From the NCBI GenBank assembly GCA_963770835.1, contig CAVYRH010000004.1:448001-512000 (forward strand): 64,000 bases of DNA, read 5' to 3'. Below are positions 19,240-29,800 of this stretch, piece after piece. This stretch comes from an uncultured Pseudomonadota bacterium. GTDB lineage: Bacteria > Oederibacteriota > Muellerivitia > Muellerivitales > Muellerivitaceae. The position numbers were made by a program, and so were the translations under genes. The notes under the pieces are model-generated. The model worked only from the letters and a program-made list of their open reading frames with translations. It searched no databases and was not told the origin of the DNA. Position 1 is the first letter of the stretch. Each line of letters begins with the position of its first letter.

Positions 19240-21372
19240 ATGACCGACGAAATGAATCCAACTCCCGTTCCGCCCGCCCCTCCTTCCGGGCCACCTCCCG
19301 CTCGTTCCCCCATCCGCAGGGCGGTGATCCTAATCCTCCTGGCCGTCGGCTCGCTGCTCACCCTTGTGTTGTTGGGCGGCGGCGGTTATGCCCTTTACCT
19401 GTACTGGCAATATATGGCCCAACAGAAGGCCCAAACCCAAAAGGTCCAGGAACGGGAATTAAGGCAACTGCAGCTTCAGAAGGCCCTCCAGGCGAGGGTG
19501 GAGGATATCCGGCAGAACGGAACGGCTCTCCCGCCCTGCCCGCTCCTCTACCCCCTCCTCAACGAAAAGGGGAAGGCCACCCCTCTTGGTTCCTTCTTGA
19601 GTTTTTACGCCATGCGGCAGGCCACCTACCTGCCCCAATCGGTTTTCCAACTTCCCGATTCGCCCGTGATCTTCGACAACTTCGACCTTTTCCAGGAGAA
19701 AGAGATAGACCCTTCGGCTTACCGGGACCAATTGCCCTATTACTTCGGTTCCAAGGAATTCGGGGAGGGGACCCTCCGGAAAACCAGCAAAGGCTACCGG
19801 ATCAAGCTGCGCTTCTGGGGCGACCGCCCCGGCAAGAAATACCAAAAGAATTTCAAAAAGAAGGACCTGAACAAGGCCCCGGGCTGGATGGCCGCCTGCA
19901 TCCAAAACTACGCCGGCTTCCAACCTGCCCTGGAACAGGCCGCTTACCGGGACCAACCCGTCTTCGGCGACGGCGACGACTTTCTCCTCGCGGCCGCGGA
20001 GGAAAAATTGTTCCGCAGCAGCGGCACCAAACTGGTCCTACATTGGGACCGCATCCTGGCGAAGAACCCCGAAAACCCCTATTTGGTGGCCCGCAAGGTT
20101 TACCTCCTCACGGCGCTGGACTACAACAATTACCTGGATTATTTGGAGCCCCTGGCCCGGAAGCAACCCGACAGCACTTATTTCCACTACGTGCTCGCGA
20201 ACGAATACAACACCAAGAAAAAATACGACCAGGCCCTGGATATTTGCTTCGCTGAGCTCAAGCGTGACGACAACAATCCCATGTGGTACGACGTTGCCGA
20301 GACAAGCCTCGAGTGGAAAGGGGATTGGATCAATGCCTACCAGTTGTTGAAAAACTGGGCCGCGAAATACCCCGGTAATCCCAAAGCCTGGGTGATGTTG
20401 GGGTATTTTTTAAAGGGTTGGGCATGGGATGCCCGCGGGTCTGATTTGGCCGTCAATGTGCCGAAGGCCGCCTGGCCCATTTTCAAAAAGAGGATCAACG
20501 AGGGTTACGGCTATGCCCAAAAGGCCACCCAAGTGGCGCCCGGCTTCTGGCTTACCTGGGACACGGCGCTGGGCTATGGGAACGGGGCCGAGCTGGAAGA
20601 TACCATCGTGCGGAATTACTTCGAGCATGCGCGCAAGCTCAATCCCATCAGTTACCACCCTTACAGTATTCTCCTGGATCACCTCAAGCCCAAATGGAGC
20701 GGGAGCGAGGAAGACATGATGGATTTCGCTCAAAAATATTCGGATCTGTTCCCTTATCTCATGGTCGAAGCCGCGGCGGAGAACATGGAGTGGGATGACC
20801 AGCTTAAAACCAAAAAAATATTAAGCCCGGAAACCCAAACGGCCTACAGGAAATCCCTCGATTGGCCCCTTTACCAAAAATACACCGAGTTGTACCTGAG
20901 GAAGTGGCCCTATGACCTGGACACCTGGTATTCCTACGCCATTTATGCCGAACAGGCCGGAGCCTTGGATAAAGTAATCCAATACGCCCGTCAAATGGCG
21001 GGGGAAAACCCGGAATTGGAGGCGCTGCCCGCCATGGTGGCCGCATCCGAAAGCGACGCCCACTATTGGAACCTGGACTCCAACTTCGAGAAGTCGGCCT
21101 ACTGGATGGGTCAGGACCGCTTCAAGGTGATCGCGGCCGAATCCCTCCAAATGCGGAAACTTGATCCCGAGAACTGGTATTGGCCCAACCGGGCCATCTG
21201 TTTCCTCATGCACACCAGCCAGGTGGACGCGGCGGTGAAGGAATACAAATACGTCGGGGAAGCCCACTGGGACCCGACGGTTTGCGAGAAATCGGACTGG
21301 GAGACCGTCAAAGGGTGGGCCATCGCCACGCCCACCGCCGTGCCGGCGGTTTCCATGCCGCATCAGGAATAA
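19240..21372 (+). CDS. Membrane-anchored TPR protein with DUF4034-like domain
   Basis: N-terminal TM, TPR helices, 'AWDARG' and 'LKPKWSGS' motifs. Confidence 0.7.
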   Translation: MTDEMNPTPVPPAPPSGPPPARSPIRRAVILILLAVGSLLTLVLLGGGGYALYLYWQYMAQQKAQTQKVQERELRQLQLQKALQARVEDIRQNGTALPPCPLLYPLLNEKGKATPLGSFLSFYAMRQATYLPQSVFQLPDSPVIFDNFDLFQEKEIDPSAYRDQLPYYFGSKEFGEGTLRKTSKGYRIKLRFWGDRPGKKYQKNFKKKDLNKAPGWMAACIQNYAGFQPALEQAAYRDQPVFGDGDDFLLAAAEEKLFRSSGTKLVLHWDRILAKNPENPYLVARKVYLLTALDYNNYLDYLEPLARKQPDSTYFHYVLANEYNTKKKYDQALDICFAELKRDDNNPMWYDVAETSLEWKGDWINAYQLLKNWAAKYPGNPKAWVMLGYFLKGWAWDARGSDLAVNVPKAAWPIFKKRINEGYGYAQKATQVAPGFWLTWDTALGYGNGAELEDTIVRNYFEHARKLNPISYHPYSILLDHLKPKWSGSEEDMMDFAQKYSDLFPYLMVEAAAENMEWDDQLKTKKILSPETQTAYRKSLDWPLYQKYTELYLRKWPYDLDTWYSYAIYAEQAGALDKVIQYARQMAGENPELEALPAMVAASESDAHYWNLDSNFEKSAYWMGQDRFKVIAAESLQMRKLDPENWYWPNRAICFLMHTSQVDAAVKEYKYVGEAHWDPTVCEKSDWETVKGWAIATPTAVPAVSMPHQE

Positions 21373-21395
21373 CACATCTAGGAAAGGATCTATTC

Positions 21396-22027
21396 ATGAA
21401 AAAAATTATGGGAGTTTTCGTTTTGGCCATCAGCCTATCCTGCGCGGCCTTCGCCGGGCCCATCGGTTTGGGCCTCAAGGCTGGAGTGGCTTTGGACAAT
21501 GTCAACACCGCCCCGCCGCTCCCGGGTATCACCATTGCCCAGCAAACCCTGGTGGGGTAACCGGAGGGGCCTTCGCGGATGTCCAAGTGGCCGATTTCTT
21601 TTGCGTCCAACCGGAAGTCGACTTCATCCAAAAAGGCTCCCAGTTCAACGTGTCCGCCTCCGGCCTCGCTAACACCAATTCCCAGGTTTATAACTACCTG
21701 GAAATCCCACTTTTGCTCAAGGCACAAACGGGATTGGTCCCCGGCCTCAAGGGCTACCTTTTGGCGGGCCCGGCCCTGTCCTTTTTGTTGAACGAAACCA
21801 CATCGCTCACCGGCGGGCCAAGCCCGAACGTTTCCGTGGACGATACCAAATTTTTTCCCAACAGCTCATGGTCCCTGGCTTTCGGGGGAGGGGTGGAGTT
21901 CCAGGGCATTCTTTTGGATATCCGCTATGACCTGGGGTTGGACAGCGCCCTCTCGACCGGGTTTCCCAACCGCACCTACGGCCAGCTCAACGCTTTGACC
22001 TTTGATCTGGGCTACCGGCTGTTTTGA
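21396..22027 (+). pseudogene. Porin-family OMP beta-barrel protein, frameshifted in a G run (possibly a sequencing error)
   Basis: 'MKKIMG...GLKAG' frame stops at 21560; adding one G at 21554-21557 joins 'VTGGAFAD...QPEV...NYLEIPLLLK...DIRYDLGL...LGYRLF'. Confidence 0.8.
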
Positions 22028-22127
22028 GGAATGGAGGGATCAGGGGTTCGAGGGGCGGGGCCAAGTGCCCGCCGGAAAACACCCTTTCCAGACCTGGGGC
22101 GTCCAAATAGATGAAGGGGATAGGAAA

Positions 22128-22562
22128 ATGGCCCATAAAGGGATTTTTATTTTTGTTTTGGCGCTCCTGGGAGTCTTGGCGGGATGCGCTCCCCCCAGCC
22201 TTATCCGCTTGGGCAATCAAAATTACCCCCCAAAACCGGCGGATTACGACATGAAGGTTTTTGTCGGTGAACAGACGGTCCCCAGGACCTATATGGAAGT
22301 TTGCCTTTTTTCCTTCAATGGAACCACCCATCTTCCGGGCCGCTCGGCGGTGATATCCGCAGATTCATGCAAGGCTGAGGCCCGCAAGGCGGGCTGTGAC
22401 GCGATCGTCGTTGAGGATGCGGATACGGAAGGCGTTGACCTGAACCCGGCGGGCCGCCACCAGGAAAGGGAGGCGGTCGTCAAAGGGATCAAATTCGTCG
22501 ACCCATCGGACCAATCGCAAACCAACAATACGGACGAATTCCTTTATCTCCATGTGAAATAG
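22128..22562 (+). CDS. Hypothetical lipoprotein
   Basis: Lipobox 'LAGC', 'KAEARKAGCDAIVV' (YbjQ-like pattern). Confidence 0.6.
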   Translation: MAHKGIFIFVLALLGVLAGCAPPSLIRLGNQNYPPKPADYDMKVFVGEQTVPRTYMEVCLFSFNGTTHLPGRSAVISADSCKAEARKAGCDAIVVEDADTEGVDLNPAGRHQEREAVVKGIKFVDPSDQSQTNNTDEFLYLHVK

Positions 22563-22709
22563 CAAAGGGACCGGGATCTGGGCGCCCCTGACCCGCCCTT
22601 GGTCAGAAATTGGAAGAATAGGGAATCAGCCGGGGGCTGGTTTTAAGAATCTTAAAAAAATTGGAAGAATTCCGGGTTGAATTGTTCCGAATCGGAACAA
22701 TTCAAATAA

Positions 22710-24001
22710 GGGCACCTCTAAAAATTCTGTTTGAAGGCTTTACGGTCACCTCAAACCAGTTTGCAACCCTCAACCAAAGGAGTTCGTGGAAATTTTTGGC
22801 CCGGAATCTCCCTTCGGCTACTCCCAGAACCTTTCCTTAGCCCCCAAAGTCTTTAAAATCTATGCGTTCACTGCCTCCGGACGCATTCGTCCCATTAAGT
22901 ACGTAAATCGCTGCATGTTGTAAGCCAGGTTCCGCATTCCTATCTTCATCCGGGCCCTCACCTTGCCCACCACCCTCAACCAGTTTCCACCCATCGCCGT
23001 TTCCATGTGCCCGAACACATGCTCGACTCTCGCCCGAACCTTGGACCGCATCTTGTTCAACTTTTCCTGGAACTCCGTCATGGGATGATTCCGATTCGAC
23101 TTGTAATGAATCTGGTTGTTATATCGCCTGCGCTTCAAGGTCTTGTTCTTCTTCTGTGACCGGTATGCGCTGTCTGCCCACACCTTCTTGCGGTTCTCCA
23201 CGTCCAACAACTCCTCGAAAACCTCCCGGTCGGGTACCGAAGCCGCCGTCACCTCAAACTTCCGGACCAGCTTGTGTTTCTTATCCACGTTGATATGGTT
23301 CTTGTACCCGTAGTGATTCACGCCGTTTTTTTGCACCCATCTCGCATCCACGTCTTTTTGCCTCATCTTATCGGTATCCCCCTTCCACTCCTGAGGTGTT
23401 TCCCCCTTCTTGATCTGGCCGTTTTCGTCTTTGGTGTTCCTCTGCCGGGGCACTTCCACTATCGAAGCATCGATGATCTGCCCTTCCTGGGCCTTCAGCC
23501 CGACCCGATCCAGGTGCCGGTTGAATTTCCCGAACAACTGGTCAATCCAGCCGCCTTGGGCCAGCTTGTTGCGGTATAACCAGATGGTCTTGGCATCCGG
23601 CACATCCTTATCCATACCCAGCCCCAAAAACCTCATGAAACTCAGCCGGTCCTGGATATGGAATTGTGTCCTTTCGTCCGCCAGGTTGTATAGGGCCTGT
23701 AAAACTAGCACCTTGAACATTAGTACTTCATCGTACGGGGTACGCCCCGCCTCGCTTTTGCGTTCCTTATCGCGTAATGCCTTGCGCAACATACTGCGGA
23801 AATCCTCCCAGGGCACTACTCGGTTCAAGGCTTCCAGCGGGTCCCCCATTTCATCCAGGGATTTCAAGCGGTCTTGAAGGTCGAAGAATCCGGTTTGGCC
23901 CATTGCGGCACCTCGTTCAAGGATTTTTCAGCGTTTTCACGCGCTGTTTTCTCCTTGTACCTCCTTCACTTCGTCTCTACAACCAATTTTTAGACGTGCC
24001 C
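22710..24001 (-). mobile_element. IS5-family insertion sequence
   Basis: 17-bp terminal IRs GGGCACCTCTAAAAATT / AATTTTTAGACGTGCCC (1 mismatch); 4-bp ATAA target duplication at 22706-22709 and 24002-24005. Confidence 0.92.
22860..23903 (-). CDS. IS5-family DDE transposase
   Basis: 'PDAKTIW', 'IIDAS', 'YGYKNHINVD', 'WADSAY', 'RARVEHVFG'. Confidence 0.95.
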   Translation of the reverse strand: MGQTGFFDLQDRLKSLDEMGDPLEALNRVVPWEDFRSMLRKALRDKERKSEAGRTPYDEVLMFKVLVLQALYNLADERTQFHIQDRLSFMRFLGLGMDKDVPDAKTIWLYRNKLAQGGWIDQLFGKFNRHLDRVGLKAQEGQIIDASIVEVPRQRNTKDENGQIKKGETPQEWKGDTDKMRQKDVDARWVQKNGVNHYGYKNHINVDKKHKLVRKFEVTAASVPDREVFEELLDVENRKKVWADSAYRSQKKNKTLKRRRYNNQIHYKSNRNHPMTEFQEKLNKMRSKVRARVEHVFGHMETAMGGNWLRVVGKVRARMKIGMRNLAYNMQRFTYLMGRMRPEAVNA

Positions 24002-24342
24002 ATAAGGGAATTTGGCCCTTTTGGAGATAGCCCCTCCCTAGATAGGCCGGTGTGGGTTCCCCCCTGTCTAAGTGCCCGGACTCCGGGCACCTTCCCCCTT
24101 TGGATGTGGTTTTGAGGGGTAGCATAGGGGTAAGTTCCCCTATGAGCGCCTTGCGCTAGGGGGGTATCCGGTCCAAGTGGTCAGAGACTGACCACCCCTA
24201 ACCCCATCTGGGCCGCTTTTACCAACGGTTGGTAAAAACCCCCCGCCAATGGTGGGAGGGATGGCCAGCGGCTGGCCATCTTGCCTCCCAGCTCTGGTTT
24301 TGGGGTCTATGGGTATGCTTCCCTAACGAGCGCTTCCTTTTA

Positions 24343-24391
24343 TTATTGTAAAATCAGCCCATGACAATCCCCCAGGGTTACCAACTTACCG
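24343..24391 (+). repeat. 49-bp direct repeat, copy 1 (duplicate of the GNAT gene 5' end)
   Basis: Matches 35452-35500 at 48/49 positions. Confidence 0.9.
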
Positions 24392-24510
24392 GTTTTTTCA
24401 AAAAAACTTTGGATTAAATCCGCTTTTTCCCGTCTAAAGGCTGTGCTATATGACCATTATCCTATTCCAATTATCGCCTAGTGGAGATGATGGCCCCTCG
24501 GGGATTGAAT

Positions 24511-26250
24511 ATGAAAAAAACGCAATTTTATTGGGCGGCCGCTCTTGGGTTGGGTTTAACCGGGGTGATTTTAACCGGCTGTCCCGGCCGCATTAATCCT
24601 CCCACCACCCCCGAACCACCCGGGACGGCGACTTCCACCTTTACGGCGGAGAATAGCCCCTCCATGACCCCTACGGTTACCCTGCCCCCCACCACGCCGA
24701 CAGCGACCCACACGAACGGAACTACGCCTACCGTGACCGAAACAATCACAAGCAGCCCCACTTTATCGGCGACAGTCACATCCCCCAATTCTCCCACCAA
24801 TACCCCGATCCCCACCCCCAGCTTTACGCCGACACCCAGCGAGTCCCCTACTTCAACTCCGACTTCCCCAGCCACGACCACGGCGACCAACACCGTTATT
24901 TCCACGGCTACGAACACAGGGACCAATACGGTCACTTCCACGTGCACGTCCACGGCGACCAACACGGACACTTCCACGGACACGGATACGCCTTCCTATA
25001 CCCCGACGAATACCCCGACTTTAACGCCCACGAATACGGTAACCTCCACGATCACTGACACCGCGGCCTTCACACCTTCCTCTACCCAAACCTATACCCC
25101 CACCATTACCTCCACCCCGACCAATACGGGAACCCCCACTGGAACCCCCACCTGGACCCCGACCCCCACCGGGACTTGGTTTACCTCCACCCCGACCAAC
25201 ACCCCGACCATCACTTATACTTCCACACCCTCCTGGGTGAACGTGGGGAGCGCGGGCTTTTCCGCCGGTGAGGCATCAAGCACCTCCCTGGCCATCAACA
25301 ACGGAACGCCCTACATGGCTTTTGAGGACGGAGGAAACGGCAACCGAGCGACGGTGATGATGTTCAACGGCACTTCCTGGGTAGATGTGGGAAGCCCGGG
25401 GTTTTCCGCCGGTGCGGTTTCCTCTACCTCCCTGGTCATCGACAACGGAACGCCTTACGTGGCCTATGAGGATGCGGCAAACGGCAACAAGGCCACGGTG
25501 ATGATGTTCAACGGCGCTTCTTGGGTGAACGTGGGGAACGCGGGTTTTTCAGCCGGGGGAGCCGCCTACACTTCTTTGGCCCTTTACAACGGGACGCCTT
25601 ACGTGGCTTTTGAGGACCTGGCAAATGGCTATCTGGCGACGGTGATGATGTTCAACGGCACTTCCTGGGTGAACGAGGGGACCGCCGGCTTCTCGGCCAA
25701 CGAAGCCCCCTATACCTCATTGGCCATTTACAACGGCACGCCCTACGTGGCTTTTAACGCGATTTTCGCATTTAGCGACAACGCCACGGTCATGACCTAT
25801 AACGGCACCTCTTGGGCGGATGAGGGGACGGCAGGGTTCTCCGCCGGCAGCGCCTATTTCACCTCATTGGCATTTTCCAACAGTACGCCTTATCTGGCAT
25901 TCGCGGGCGGGTTTGGTGTCGCCAGCCCGGGCAACGCGACGGTGATGATGTTCAACGGCGCTTCCTGGGTGAACGTAGGGAACGCGGGTTTTTCAGCGGG
26001 AGGGGCCGTGTACACCTCCCTGGCCCTTTACAACGGTACGCCCTATGTGGCGTATGGGGATTCCGCGAACGGCAGCAAGGCAACGGTGATGTCTTACAAC
26101 GGCACTTCCTGGGCGAACGTTGGGAATGCGGGATTCTCCGCCGGCGTAGCCTATTACACCTCGCTGGCTTTTTCCGGAAGCACGCCCTACGTGGCTTACT
26201 TGGATGAGGCGAACGGGAACAAGGCGACGGTGATGATGTATCAACAATAG
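24511..26250 (+). CDS. Lipoprotein with long Thr/Pro stalk and 7-repeat beta-propeller
   Basis: Lipobox 'LTGC', about 200 aa Thr/Pro-rich, seven ~49-aa repeats 'W.NVG.AGFSAG....TSLA..NGTPYVA......N.ATVM.FNG.S'. Confidence 0.85.
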   Translation: MKKTQFYWAAALGLGLTGVILTGCPGRINPPTTPEPPGTATSTFTAENSPSMTPTVTLPPTTPTATHTNGTTPTVTETITSSPTLSATVTSPNSPTNTPIPTPSFTPTPSESPTSTPTSPATTTATNTVISTATNTGTNTVTSTCTSTATNTDTSTDTDTPSYTPTNTPTLTPTNTVTSTITDTAAFTPSSTQTYTPTITSTPTNTGTPTGTPTWTPTPTGTWFTSTPTNTPTITYTSTPSWVNVGSAGFSAGEASSTSLAINNGTPYMAFEDGGNGNRATVMMFNGTSWVDVGSPGFSAGAVSSTSLVIDNGTPYVAYEDAANGNKATVMMFNGASWVNVGNAGFSAGGAAYTSLALYNGTPYVAFEDLANGYLATVMMFNGTSWVNEGTAGFSANEAPYTSLAIYNGTPYVAFNAIFAFSDNATVMTYNGTSWADEGTAGFSAGSAYFTSLAFSNSTPYLAFAGGFGVASPGNATVMMFNGASWVNVGNAGFSAGGAVYTSLALYNGTPYVAYGDSANGSKATVMSYNGTSWANVGNAGFSAGVAYYTSLAFSGSTPYVAYLDEANGNKATVMMYQQ

Positions 26251-26362
26251 ATGGAAATTCCATACTCCATTTAAGATTAAATATTTAGGGTCGGCTTCAC
26301 CCCTTTTTTCCACCCCTTTCCGAAATTTATCCTTTGGGCTGAGTTATCCAAACTTTGATACT

Positions 26363-26388
26363 GGCGCGGATTATTCCGCGCCTTTTTT
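26363..26388 (+). terminator. Rho-independent terminator (homologous to 35426-35453)
   Basis: GGCGCGGA-TTAT-TCCGCGCC-TTTTTT. Confidence 0.7.
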
Positions 26389-26895
26389 ATTGTAGAATCA
26401 GCCCGTGAACATTCCGATTTTTTCCGGCGCAACCCGCCCAGGATTTTTTTGTAGTGGGGAATTATCAAGTTGAGAGACTTCGGAATTTTTCCACCCACGG
26501 GGCAGAGGCCTTTCTGCTCGGTTTTGCGCGATTGTTAAAGTTCCTCAACTTCTCCGTGATCGTTATCCGTCCCTAAAAAGCATAAATATTTCTTGTAACT
26601 TTTTGAAATTTTTTTGTAGTTTCATTTCGTCCATCTTTTGTCCGGTCTCGCGTTTACCTTCACTTGGGAAAGAATTTCCATGAAATTTTCTTTCATTCGC
26701 CGTTCCGCAATCTTATCCTGAGCGCGTTCAATTCATTTTTTCTTTTCCACCACCCACAAATTTCTATTCAAAAAAAATTATTCACCCGAAAAAGAAAAAA
26801 GGAGTCGCGCAATAAAAGCGCTTTCCGGTTTTGTTTTTCATTCACGTACCCCATCAGCACCGTTCCGCGCTGTCCATTTTTCAGGAGGCATCTCA

Positions 26896-29800
26896 ATGAA
26901 ATATTCGATCCGGATTTTGGGATTCATCGTTTCTTTATCCTTGCTGGCCCCTTCGATCTCCCCGGCCCAATCCGCTGGAAGGCAACAACTGCATGGCCAT
27001 GTGCCCGACCTGGTTTTGAAAAAAGCCCCATTGTTGGGGCACGTGCCTTCCTCGAAAGTTTTCCACCTGTCCTTCGGGCTTCCCCTGCGTAACACGCAGG
27101 AGCTCCAGGTCCTTGTCCAGCAACTCTACGACCCCAAAAGCCCCCAGTATCGCCATTGGCTTTCGGTGGAGGATTTCACCTCCCGCTTCGGCCCCTCGGC
27201 CTCGGATTACCAGGCGGTCCAGGAATTCGCGAAAGCCCACAACCTCACCGTGGACCGTACCTTCGCCAACCGCATGGTGGTGAGCGTATCTGGCGCGGCG
27301 GGGGACGTGGAGAATGCCTTGAACGTCCAACTCAACCGTTACCAGCGGCCCGACGGGACCGAGTTTTTCTCGCCCGACCGGGAGCCCTCCCTGGACCTGG
27401 CCGCGGCGCTTTCGCACGTCGGCGGGCTGGACAACGCCCACCCGCCCCGCCCCGCCGGCCTTCACCGCGCGGCGGCAAATAAAACCAAGCCGGTAGCGGC
27501 CACTGGTTCGGCGCCGGACGGGAACTATTGGGGGAATGATTTCCGAAACGCCTATTGCCCGGGTGTCACCCTGACCGGCGCGGGGCAGGTGAATGCCATC
27601 ATGAGCTTTGACACCTATTACCCCAGCGACATCCCCGCCTATATCAGCCAGGCGGGAATCGCGGCCAACGCGGCCGCCGTCACCAATCTCTTTTTCGATG
27701 GTTTAAGTCCCAGCGCCACCCCCGTCGTGGAGGAAACCGTCTTGGATATCGAGGACACCCTGGCCGTAGCGCCCGGGCTTGCCCAACTGAGGATGTACAT
27801 GGCGCCTGATACGGTCAGCGGCGACGACCTGCTCAACGCGATCGTCTCGGATAACCTGGCCAAGGTCACCAGCGCCTCCTGGATTTTTGGCGTGGACACG
27901 ACGGAAAGCCAGGATTTGACGGAGATGGAGGCCCAGGGACAGTCCTTTTTCATCGCTTCGGGCGACGATGGCGCCTGGTCCCCCACCTGCAATAACGGTT
28001 TGGCTTGTTCGGAGGACTTGATGAATGAACAACCCAACCTCACCGTGGTGGGTGGCACCGAACTGACGGACAACGGCACGGGCGGAAGCTGGGCCGGCGA
28101 GGTGGCTTGGCCGGGAAGCGCGGGCGGGATTAGCCCCGACCTCCCCATCCCCAGCTACCAGGCGGGCGTGAACATGGGCACCAACGGGGGTTCCACCACC
28201 AACCGGAACATTCCTGATGTGGCCCTAGTGGCAACCAACGTCGAAATTGTCTTCAACGGCAGCCAAGATCCAGTCGGCGGCACGAGCTGCGCCGCGCCCC
28301 TTTGGAACGGCTTCACCGCGCTCGTCAACCAGCAGGCCGCGCTCCAGGGGAACCCCCCGGTGGGCTTCGTCAACCCCGCCTTGTACCAGATCGGAGAGGG
28401 ATCCCATTACGGTTTTGATCTCCACGATATCCAGTCCGGGAACAACCCCGGCATCAACAACGCGACCGGTAACAACGCCGTGCCGGGTTACGACCTGGTC
28501 ACGGGCTGGGGATCTCCCGCCGGGCAATTCCTGATCGACGACCTGGCCAGGGTGGCCTTTCCCACGCCGACCATGACCCCCACCCCCACTCCCACGCCCC
28601 CCTGCACCACCCAGATTTCCCTTCAACTGCTGGAATTCACTTCCTGCTCTTCCTCCACGCCGTCGGAAACCTTCGAGGTCATCAACAACGGCGCCGCCGT
28701 CATCAACCTTTCCGACGTCGTGATCAAGTACTGGGCGGACGACACCACGGGACAAGCCCTAGTGGGCTCGGTGAATTACGGCGGCTGTTACGGCTTCGAC
28801 TGCGCGTCGGCCATGACCGGAGTGGTGGTTACGGCCACCAATTTCTCGCCTGCCTGCGGACCCGATCCCACGAACCAGGCCAACTGGGAAATGGCCATCT
28901 CCAACACCAGCACCGGCCAGCTGGGCCAAGGCCAGACCTGGGGCAACCTGCAGATCCAAACCCACTTGTCCAATTACGGCGCTTTGTCACCGGGCACGGC
29001 CGATTGGTACAGCCCCTGCAACGTGGGAGGCGGGACCACCTACACCGACGACATCCATTACGCGCTCTATTACCAGGGAAACCTGGTGACGACCTCGGGC
29101 GGCGCACCGCCTTCCTGCAGGCCCTATTGCACCCCGGGCACCCTCACGCCGGGCCTGACGCCCTCGCCCACCAACACCCCGACCCGTTCGATGACGCCGA
29201 CTGCTACGTCGTCACCTACGCTCACGGTGACCCGGACGCCCACGGCTAGCGCGACAGCCTCCCGGACCCCTACCGCCTCATTTACGACGACCGAGACGCC
29301 GAGCCTGACCGCGACGGCTTCCCCCGCGCACACGGCGACCTTTACGCCCACCGGCGTGCTTGGCACGGCCACTTCCACACCCACGGGGACGCGTACTTCG
29401 ACAGCCACGGCCACGCCCAGCTTGACCGTTACGGCCTCGCCCACGGCGACCGTCAGTACGACGGCTACTTTCACCCCCACTCGTCCAGCCGGAACCGCTA
29501 CTTCCACGCCCACGAGGACCGCCTCCTCCACGGCCACGGCGAGCCCCACCGGCACCCGTGCCACGACGGCGACGCCGTCTAATACTCCTTCGGGGACTGC
29601 GTCTTCCACGCCTACGAGGACCGTTACCTTAACGGCCACGGCGACGATCACCCCGACCACCACTCCCTCGCCCACCTCCACTCCGGCGGTGACAGCAACT
29701 CCCACCGCCACGGGCGGGACCGCCTGCGGCACCAGTTCCCTGGACCTCCAATTGGAGGAATTCGGTGCCTGCGGCTCCAACCAGAACCAAGAGACCTTCG

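Noticed and set aside
24072..24290. CRISPR array
   Set aside because: The palindromes differ in sequence, there is no constant repeat, and no cas genes are present
25231..26247. About 147-bp tandem DNA repeats
   Set aside because: Explained by the seven propeller-blade repeats of the lipoprotein
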